This document shows positions 27,390 to 37,800 of a stretch of DNA of 64,000 nucleotides, in pieces. Source of the stretch: Octopus bimaculoides (Eukaryota); NCBI RefSeq assembly GCF_001194135.2, contig NC_068986.1:83179674-83243673 (forward strand), written 5' to 3'. Each line of letters begins with the position of its first letter. Position 1 is the first letter of the stretch. The notes beneath the pieces were generated by a model. It was not told the origin of the DNA. It made no database searches and worked only from the letters and a program-made list of their open reading frames with translations. Both the position numbers and the translations under genes were made by a program.

Positions 27390-27642
27390 TATCAAAATAC
27401 TGATGCATCTGTTTGATAATCTGAAAGCTTGAATACCCCACACATGCTTTGAATTTAAAAGATTTTGGCTCAAAGTTGCACAAGTTCCACTCAATGGTTT
27501 GGAAAAACTTGAAGGAACATTGCACCACAGTCATAACTTGGGGGCAGGAGTTAGTGTTTTCAAAATCATAAGAATTGATCCAAGTCAGTTAAATATAAAA
27601 GAAATATACACAGATGACAGGGTTACTGTCATCAGATGAAAA

Positions 27643-27875
27643 GCGGTGAGCTGGCAGAATCGTTAGCACGCCGGGCGAAATGCTTAGCGGTATTTTGTCT
27701 GCCGTTGCGTTCTGAGTTCAAATTCCGCCGAGGTTGACTTTGCCTTTCATCCTTATCCGGGTCGATAAATTAAGTACCAGTTACGCACTGGGGTCGATGT
27801 AATCGACTTAATCCGTTTGTCTGTCCTTGTTTGTCCCCTCTATGTTTAGTCCCTTGTGGGCAATAAAGAAATAAG
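27643..27875 (+). mobile_element. Near-intact tRNA-derived SINE (second family), followed by an older decayed copy to about 27996
   Basis: GCGGTGAGCTGGCAGAATCG A-box-like head, GAGTTCAAATTCC B-box, CpG still retained, A-rich tail. Confidence 0.8.
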
Positions 27876-30800
27876 ATGACAGGGTTGCTAGTGCTGAATG
27901 AAATGCCTTGCAGTATTTATGACTCTGTGCACTCTATGTTCAAATACCATCAAAGTAAACTTTGCTTTCCATCCTTTCAGAATCAATAAAAACAGACCAA
28001 TCCACAGTGGTGGCTTGGCAGTTCTGGAAGAATGTTGGATCTTATGTCATTTGTTCCAGTTTTTTGCATTCTGTGTTCAAATCCAGCCATGACCTACTTG
28101 GATTGTAAACTGAATTTGTTACCCAGTTTAATACTACCTCCTGATTTTTGGTTACCTTTAGTTGAGTTCACTCAGTAGCCAGATTTGGGCCAGGTCTTCA
28201 GTCTAAAGATACCTCCCTCCCTCAATCGTCTTGAAGGCCCTGTAAAGAGTCTGGGGCACTGCCTTCCGACGTGACTAAAAGATAAATTTTTTTTATTTTT
28301 TAAGCGCGGTGCCACGAAAACTATAAGCTGCTCAAATGTTTATAAAATTATAGATATACATTAACAAAAATATTCAACTATGTTATTATAATAAGCTTGT
28401 AGTAAAATCCCATAACAGTAGCAAATTTTAAATTAATCTTAGTTGAAGGATATAATCTTATAAGTACATTTAACCGAATCAATAGCAAAATGTTTGGTAA
28501 TTAATAACCAGTTTGAAATAAAACCATAAACATTTACGTTATAAACATATTTTAAAATTTGTTTTTCATCCAATATATTACAACTAAAATGTTCTATTTA
28601 AGCCTTGAAATTCTTTTAAGTTGCGGATCAAGTTTGCTGTTATGACAGTTATTTTGAAACCGGTACGCGCTATTGATCCTCGACATTCCCGTCAATGTTA
28701 CAAATCGTGTTACACTTCAAGGTTAGGATAAGAAGATTTACGTTAATTTTTAGATTGAACATAGAATTACTATTTATGTCAATTATACGAGAAGGTTCGA
28801 TTGATTAAAAAATAAGCAACTTTACGACCGATTTTGTTGGAAATTAATTTAAAACAATGAACGTAATTGTTTATTCGCTTCGCATAATGATGTCCCATGT
28901 TCGATGCAATTACGCGGTACCTCGGACAAGTGTCTTCTGCTGTAGCCTCGAATCGACCCAAGAAATCTGAATGAAATTGGATAAACGAGAACAGCGGAAG
29001 TTTGTCGGATGAATTGTACTTTTAATTAAAAGGCCCAGCTTTTATACAGATGGTGTCATGCTGAATATGTTCTTTAGTTTATTTAAACCATTTCGGAAGA
29101 TTACGTTAAAAAGAGTACAAATGTTTGTAGAATTCTCGTGCACGTATAATCCAATGAATGGGTAGTACCGTTGATCGAATGGAATACTCATCGACGAAAC
29201 GGACGACGAATCAATTTACTTTTTAAATAAAATCAATAAAACTCCGCGATATATTACTAATTCTATGCTAAAAATGTAAATATTTTTCCAATAAATAATA
29301 TTCACTTCATCGCATAAACTCAAATAGAGACTTTTACTGGTGATTATAAATCTCTTTAGAATAAAGGAAAACCATTATAAATGTTCGTCCTAAAATGAAA
29401 AACAAAACTAATTTTTTTCCTTGGTCCTTTCGTATTTTACTCACTTTTCAGATAATTCAGAAACGACTTCAATATTGGTAGAAGTTACGCAAACCAGGTA
29501 AGAGTTCTGAATAGGAATTAGGAAAATGTGGAGAGTGTGAGAGAGAGAAACTGAAATAGTTAAATGACAATTCGTTATCTTATGAAAGTGAAGTCAACTC
29601 AAGAGGAAGCAAGACGGTTTAATAACAGTAGCTAGGTGCCCGGCCTCGAAGTATCGCAACCGACCGTTGCCATTGATAAAGCAAGCAGTCGGCCGACAAT
29701 GTCTTCAGACAAATTAGCTGTCTTTTACTATTGGAGAAAAAAAAAAAAAATTGCAGGCAGCACCATCTTTGTCGTCTTTCCACACCCTCTATTTCTGTTG
29801 ATGTGTTCTTGCAACATAAATAGTAACAAGTTGTCACACAAACTACACACACATACATACATACATATATATATACATACATATGGTAAGCAAAGAGCTC
29901 TTTAATTGTAAGTTGTGGGGATCTGATATAATCATGAAACCAACATTAAATAAGTAAACGCGAAATGAAAATATATTCGGAGCAATCTTAAATCGCACAC
30001 ACACATATACATACCAATCGATATTTTTAAATATATCTTTCTATTCACACGAGTAAACTTCCATTCAAGTGCACGATTGCTGTAACTGCACGTTCTTCTC
30101 CCACCCCTCTACTTTTGAACTGAAAGGAATGCAAAAAATTGGTAAAAGAAAAAAGTTAACGGTATATAGGGAGATGACATATGCACGATTCAACTGAATC
30201 GTTATTCGCAGTATGAAATAAGTTTTAAACCAAGGTCAGAGGTGTACTGGAAAAACGACTTAACACATGCGCAGAGTAAATAGAAAGCTGATCTAATACT
30301 GGGCTCTATGCAGTTGATTGACGTCACCATCACTAGTTTTAACAAGAGAATCTTCTATTGTTTTCCATCTTAAACCATGTGTCTGCTCTCTGCTCATTCT
30401 TTCAACGCACCTTGATAATGACAGAATGATTGCGTCTCTAACAACCTTGTACAAAACTACATGTACACATTAAAAAATATACTACGTGCAACTGGTCTTC
30501 CTGTTTGATATATATATATATATCCCATATTCGCGTAATTTCATTTCAGTCGTTTTTATTCCACTTCTCCTCCAATTTAAGAATCGAAACTATATTTATT
30601 ATGCCAGCATTGTGAAATTTATCAACAAAGCCGGTTTTCAATTTAGTTGGGTTTATGCTAGATTGCCATCTAGCAAATCTTCACCAACAGCCATCACTAA
30701 ATAATACCCACGTGTCAGTCTAAAAAATCTTATTGTGAACGTAAGTGCTGTTGGTTTATTTAGTTCATGTTATTTATTTGACTGTATATTTATGTCGCAA

Positions 30801-31208
30801 CTTTCTTTTGGCTGTTAAAACGATTTTTCTTCGCTTCTTAAAAAAAAAAAAATCGATATATTTCTTTACTCCCTTGTTTCCCTCAACCACCCATATTTTC
30901 AGTTTCGTGTAATGAAAGAGAGAAAAAATGCTTTCTTGGCAGAGACATAAAATTTCCTACATATGAAAATTTTATAAGTAAAGTATGGATGATTTAAAGT
31001 ATATCGTTTTTATACCTCTCAACGGTCGTCCCATCTTTAGCGTAGCCAAAAACTTCTTTCGTAGTTATTGAAGACATCTTTTTATGTAATGGGGGAAAAT
31101 AAAATCCTAATTCATTCACTATTTTATATGGAAGGACGAGGGGGAAATCAGGGAGGTAAGAGCCGCCTTACATTATGCTTATTGGTATGGAAGCGGGCAA
31201 GACATTCA

Positions 31209-31234
31209 AGTCATGTGATTTAGGTCACATGACT
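31209..31234. promoter_or_regulatory. Inverted pair of TCATGTGA E-box/M-box motifs upstream of hnRNP L
   Basis: Perfect 10-bp inverted repeat AGTCATGTGA-tttagg-TCACATGACT, about 540 bp upstream of the ATG. Confidence 0.4.
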
Positions 31235-31770
31235 ATACTTTTTCATCTTAATCTCTAACCCTTCTTTCTAAAATCATTATTACAATAGTTGTTAATTCTT
31301 TAGAAAAAAAAAGCTTTCTGCATTTACAAATTAGACTTATTCGCTTACTTTTTTTGTTTATTATTTTGCAAAAAGAGCTACGTTTTAAACTGACTGGAGA
31401 TTCTCTTTTTTTTTTTTTTGAAATACTTGAAATTTGTCTCCGATATAATATAATAGTTGCATTTAAGAGGAAAGAAAAAGTGCTCAATAATTTTCCGCTC
31501 TTTCTGCTGCTTCTTTCCTAACTGCCTGCTGCCTTCCCCCTCTCTCTGTACTTCTTACAATCCTTCTCTTGTTATATTATTAGCGAAGTAGAAGTAGTAA
31601 TAGTGGTGGTTGTAGAAGTAGTAGTAGCAGTAGGTTTCTCTGTTTTCCTACATAGCAACGTGCAGCTGCTGCGAGAAGTGGAGGGTATTATCAGATCCTC
31701 AGCTCTCACACAGACACAGAACTGCAGCGTTGAGCTCGTTTACAACTTTACAAGTATTTAGCGTTAGTGA

Positions 31771-31781
31771 AAAATGGCGGC
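31771..31781 (+). promoter_or_regulatory. YY1-type motif AAAATGGCGGC overlapping the start codon
   Basis: Close match to the AANATGGCGGC YY1/Kozak-overlapping element typical of housekeeping RNA-binding protein genes. Confidence 0.5.
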
Positions 31782-31851
31782 TTATGAGGGTCATGTAGCA
31801 AAGCGTCAAAAAACTGAAAATAATGGATATGGAATGAACCAAGGAGGAAAA
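31774..31851 (+). CDS. HNRNPL: hnRNP L exon 1 (MAAYEGHVAKRQKTENNGYGMNQGGK)
   Basis: ATG in AAAATGGCGG context, KRQKT NLS-like motif, donor AAA|GTAAGT, phase 0 matching exon 2. Confidence 0.85.
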
Positions 31852-34800
31852 GTAAGTGCTAGTAGTTTTGCAGCTCCTTTTTTGTTATTACTACTATTTA
31901 TGCATTCGGATGTGTGTGTGATGTCTCTTCGTAGTAATTATTTCATTTAGATATGATAAATCAATCAGTAATTGAATTAAAATTACTCTTTTCTTTGGAT
32001 AAGAAAATTTGAAATGAGAAGAAACTGAAAAATTTGAGTTTGTTTTCCTTTTTCTTTAAGAAATTTGCTAACCGGCTTATTTAGATACCCTTTTCGTTCA
32101 TCCTACTTTATAAATTGCCTGCGTATGGTTTCTTTTATTTTTAAATAATATTTGTCTGTCTAATGATATTTTATTTAAATCTGCTTTATCATATTTCAGC
32201 ACAAGTAGATTGTTTTTATGTTCATAATATTTAAAATTTGTTGTTTTTTTGTTCTTTTTATGACCGCATGGTCTTCGTGTGTTGGAAGAAGAAATGATGG
32301 CTACATCATCTTTGAAATAGTGAAAGCAAGCTCTCGCTTATATTTTCCTTTTTTTTTTCTTTCTTCCCTATGCATACATAAACAGTAAGAAAATATGATA
32401 TGCAATACTACATGCACAATGCTCTTTGTACTTAATTAGTGAAAGAAAAGCCACTCGTTTTTCTAACCTCATTATATTTCATTACAAAACAAAGACCGCT
32501 TTAAGGCTGTCATAGCTGCCCCCCCCCTTCTTTCCTTTCTCTCGTCTTTTTCAATTTCTCTCCCTATTTGTGGCGATGACTAATATTTGCTGCTCCAAAT
32601 AAAAAGAATTCATGAAGTGTTATTCATCATAATAATTGCAAAAGATACTATTTTATTTTTTACATTTCTCATTTATTTTCCCATTTGTAGAATTTCTTTC
32701 AAAAATGGAACTGATTACACATCTTGCTCTTTAATTATTGATTTTTGTGAATTTCTTGTTATTGCATTTATTGTTTAGTGGAATTAAGATATTGTCAAGA
32801 CTACATTTTAATAATATACTATAAACAATTAAAATACATAAAATTTATATTTTTATATTAACCACTTTAAAAAATGAAAAAAAAAAATTTTAGAAAATTC
32901 CTAGTTTAATTCTGTATAAAATTGTGGCTGTTTATATATTTTATGGTTGAATGCAAATCTGTCCACAAACGTTGTGAAGGCGGCTAGCTAAGGAAATATG
33001 GAGATGGCATTAATGATCTGGTGGCTGGCTAGCAACACATCAGTAGCCGACTACTTGCCAAAGTAGTAGCCATGTTCATTTCACTTGTAACAAAAATAAA
33101 ATCGATGTGACCTTTTTATTACTCTGTCCGGCCGACAGTAGTATGGTGCTTTTCATTTTCACTTGGGAAGATGGGAAGATATCCAAAAAATAGTCTAAAT
33201 AATGTCGTATAAAAAGGAACCAGTGTTTATTACAATTTGGGATTTTCTGCAAGCGCTATACCTTTAGCACTATTATATAACATTAGTCACCTTTTTATTA
33301 TAAAACTAGAATATTGAGATTATCAGTACAAAAATGCTTGGAATCTGTCACTCTCAACACACTTGTCTCCATAATTGTTAATCGTTTATTTTCTATACCC
33401 ATTAAAGCGACTTAATTTAGTATGATATATAATTTACTATATATAGCCTATCATGAAGGCGCATTTGCCGATCCTCCCACTTTGTATTTTGAAAACTGCC
33501 GGGTTTCATTTAAAGGTCGGATCATTTTTTATTATTGCAATTAATGCATATTCGATCATGTATAATATTTAAAAAAAAAACGTTGTTGAAAAAAAAAAAA
33601 ATATTGCTCTTTTTTAAAAAAAAAAAAAAAAAAAAAGTAATAAGATCTAGACAGTCGAACTTCATTTCATTGACTAAATACTCTGTATTTATATGAATAT
33701 AAACTTTATTCGACTTGAGTATTTTAAATCTATGAAATTGGTGTCCCGTACATAAGGTTTTAACCGTCAAAACTCCCCTCGGCTACTTTTCATTCACCTA
33801 ATTGGCTGTTTTCGTCGCTTCACTGTCCTAGCGAACATTCAATCTTCTTCCTCGTATTACAGCAATGCGCCTGCGCAAATCTTGGCTGTATTTCCTTAAC
33901 TTTTTTTTTTTACATCCTCCGCCCATCCCCATCTTCTAAAACGTTAATGGAGGTGGGATATACTATTTATAATTTCTGATTTATTGCTACTTTCTTTTTA
34001 TCCTACTTTCCATTACTTCGTTCCGATAAGAAAGAAAAATAATGAATTTCGTTGTGTTTTGAGGATTTTGCTTTTATAAATTCATTGGTGAATGAATACG
34101 ATAAACTAATTCTTGGTGCCAAAATATTTGGTTTGCTTCATTTTAAAATGAAAATCATTGTTCAGGTGATGGTGCGGAATCTATCATCGTTTGCCAAATG
34201 GTTGTTATTCTCTTGCTAAGAAGCTTCATGTTTAAAATATATTGAATTTATCGTCATCCGTTGCAAACGTAAAAATTTACGAGAAAAGCTATCTAAATGC
34301 TATCACTAATCTGATTACCTCATATATATTATATAACCAACTACGTTGTATTCCATAAAATTTTAGATTAAATTTTTGCAGATTTACTTGCGTTATGTCG
34401 ATTGATTTAATAATTTTTATTTATATATCGATGGAATTTTTTTTTATAGACGGTTATCTAACTAAATCGGTTAGGTTTTGATGTGTATTAAATGAAACTC
34501 GGTCGGCTTCCTTCCAATTTATCGAATAATCAAATTTTCCAAAATATTTGTCAACAATTTACTGATAAGAAGCATATAAGTATTGGGTTTTTTTTCTTCT
34601 GTAATTCGACAGGATAAATTAATGGAAGATCCTCACAAACCATCACCATCACCCGTGGTGCATGTCCGTGGTCTATCTGAGACTGTGGTAGAGCAAGATT
34701 TGGTTGATACCTTGCAAAACTTCGGGTGCATTAGGTAAGTTCATTAAGATATATATGAGCTTTTTCTGCTTTAGGGCTTCGCGTGTGATTATGAATTAAT

Positions 34801-37800
34801 ACTGTAAATGTTACATCCGTATACCAATCATTCCCCCTTCTCTATTACAGTTATGTTATCATGATGCCAAAGAAAAGACAGGCTCTGGTGGAATTTGAGG
34901 TGAGTTGGGCGATTTTACTAAATCCATTGGAAATATTGAAATTTGTATTTGCTGATTAGATGGTATTTTATCACTCATCAAATCAAGTTAATTTAAAGAT
35001 TTTTTTTTTTTTTTTTTTCCAAATCGTGTATATTTAACTGTAAGGAAATTATTTACTGTTGTATAGGATATAGCCGGAGCGACTGAGTGTGTGAACTATG
35101 TTCAGTCCAATCAACTTTATGTTAGTGGTCACCCTGCTTTCTTTAATTTCTCTACCAGTCAGAAGATCCAGAGACCAGGGTAAGCTTTATATATATATAT
35201 TTTAGAAAATATTGGGTCTGTTTACTGTGGATATAATTTCATGAAGATGATTTAAGGCCACTTAAAAGTATTGTTTGTAAATATTGTATTTTATTAAAAA
35301 GGAAGAGGTACAGAATAACGTACATATTTTACAACTTTAATATATATATAATCCATTTCTTTTGTTTGTAGTGGCCCAGAAGATATGCGGACTGCAAACC
35401 ATATTTTGCTCTTTACCATTTTAAATCCACAATATCCGATCACTGTGGTATGTAACCATTTTATTATTTTTTATTCTAATTGGGCATTTGTTTAATAACC
35501 ATTACAAATATCTTTGCATTTAATTTTCCAGGAAGTGATGCATACAATCAGTTCTCCATATGGGCAAGTACAAAGAATTGTTATCTTCAAAAAGAATGGT
35601 GTCCAAGCAATGGTTGAATATCCTTATTTTACAAAGTGAACATAGCTTTCAATAAATTGAAATTAATTGTTTGTTTATTTGCATTCTGACTTTAAAGGCA
35701 CTTTATTTACTTGCATAAAGCTGTTACTGGTTTTGCTGGAATGGCTTTTCCACTGTTGTACTATTATGATTAAATGCTTGGGGTGGATTTGTATAAATTG
35801 TTGGGTAAAATGCTTATTTGATAGGGTCATTTGTAAAATAACAAATTAATATCATATAATTGTTTCTAGATGTTCTTTGACATTTGGGAATTTTTACATT
35901 GTGTAATGTATTCATATGCTGAGTGCACAGGACGAAAATATACTGACATTCATTAAACTCTAATAGCTGGGTATTTGCTTAAAAACTCAACAATCCTTTC
36001 TGCTTTTTCTGGTGGCAGGAGGCAGGATTTCAACTCAGCCAAATCTGGTAATTTAACCCAAGATAAAGGCAAAGTTGGCTTAGACAAGATTTAGACCCAA
36101 GTGCAGTTGAACAAAGTATTTTAGTGATCACTGTACCAACTCTGTTAATTTGACATTTTCTCTGTGTATGCATTGCTGTGCAATTTAGAATTTTGAAGTC
36201 CATTTGCATGATTTTAGGTTCAATCTCAGTGCATAGCATTTTTGCAGGTCTCCTCTTCTGTAGCTCTGTACTGACCAAATCGTTATGAGTAGATTTGGTA
36301 TTGTTGCAGAAATTGCAAGAAGCCTGTTGTGTGAGCGTAATGTTTGTCTCTGCTTCTTTTGACATCACTGATAGTTGTGTTGCTATTATTCATTTCCAAT
36401 TTGCTGTGGAAACGTGTCTGGCTACGGGGAAATATTACATTCTTTGGAAATGAATGTTGGGTAACAGGAAGATCATTCAGCTGTAGTAAGTCAACCTCAG
36501 TAAATTGTGCAACCCATGCAGGCACAGGAAAGTGTATGTTAAAATGGCATGACTGTTTTATAAAATGTATATCTTGTAGTTAGTATTCCTTAACCATTTG
36601 TACGTTTGAAAGTGTTGATCAAGCAAAACGTGCAAAGCAGGCTCTGAATGGTGCAGACATTTACTCTGGTTGCTGTACACTCAAGATTGAATACGCAAAG
36701 GTAAATTTTCAAGTTTTTAATTCAGTATTAGAAATTATATTCACTGTTATAGATCTTGCTTCAACTATTTCTGTAATTTTTAATTTGTTGGCTTGTGAAA
36801 ATGAATTTAAGTTTCGCTGTTTCACTTGTTAAGTTACTTTCATTGCAGGGTTGTTTGTATTGTGAATCATTCAATGCTTAAAGTGGTATCATCAAATATG
36901 TCTTGTAAAGAATTTTATTTTGAAATATCTTACGGTCTAGTTTTTTTTTTTTTTTTTTTTTAAATAAATTCACTTCAATGGGTTTTTTTAATTTGTTTTT
37001 TTATCAGCCTACAAAATTGAATGTTGTCAGAAATGACAATGAAAGTTGGGACTACAGCAATCCTTCTCTCGGTAAGATGCAATTTTTAACATTTTAAATT
37101 TGATGGACACCAGCACTCTTATTTTCCTTTCTAGAACTGGTGGTAATCCTGGTTAACATACGCACTATCCAGTTGAAAATGACCATAACTTGCTTAACTC
37201 TAACCTATTTAATGTTTCAATATTGCAAGCCAAAGGCATGGCTGTAGTTTTAATGTAACAATAGTTGCTACTAACATACTCTTTCTTAAATTAGCACTAA
37301 GCAACCAAAACAATGAAATTATTTGTTATCTTGGTTCCTTAGTGATGTCTTCTGGTCTTGTTTAGAATAATTCTGTTCTCTTGTTGCTTAATTGGGATAG
37401 TTTGCGAGTTTTTCCTTCGATTCCATAAGGGTGCTAGTGAACAACAATACCATTACATTTTGCAGAACTTAGGGAATCTGTCACCTTTGTTTAGTAGATA
37501 GCCCAGTGATGGGTAATCTGCTAGTCAAATTTCTTTAATTGGTGTAATTTATAATGGCTTGGTTGTGGTATACTAATAAATTATTCTAAGGTAGGTGGTT
37601 TTAAAATTGGCCATGGGCTTCTTCAGTCATTAACTTTAAATTATCTTTCTATTGTTTATTAGTATCTTTTTGAGGAGTGGTTATTAGGGGAGGAAAAATG
37701 CATGCATACAAATACAAACAAGTGACCATTTCAGATAACATACAAAACATTTGTCTCAGTCATATTGAAACTAAATAAACTTTCAATTACAAAACATTTT

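Noticed and set aside
29452-29497. Plus-strand 46-nt exon-like segment ending CCAG|GTAAGA
   Set aside because: It overlaps an equally good minus-strand candidate and has no linkable partner exons, so it cannot be resolved from sequence alone.
36030-36368. 112-aa antisense ORF nested in the AT-AC intron
   Set aside because: No recognisable domain, and the length is compatible with chance in a less AT-rich stretch.
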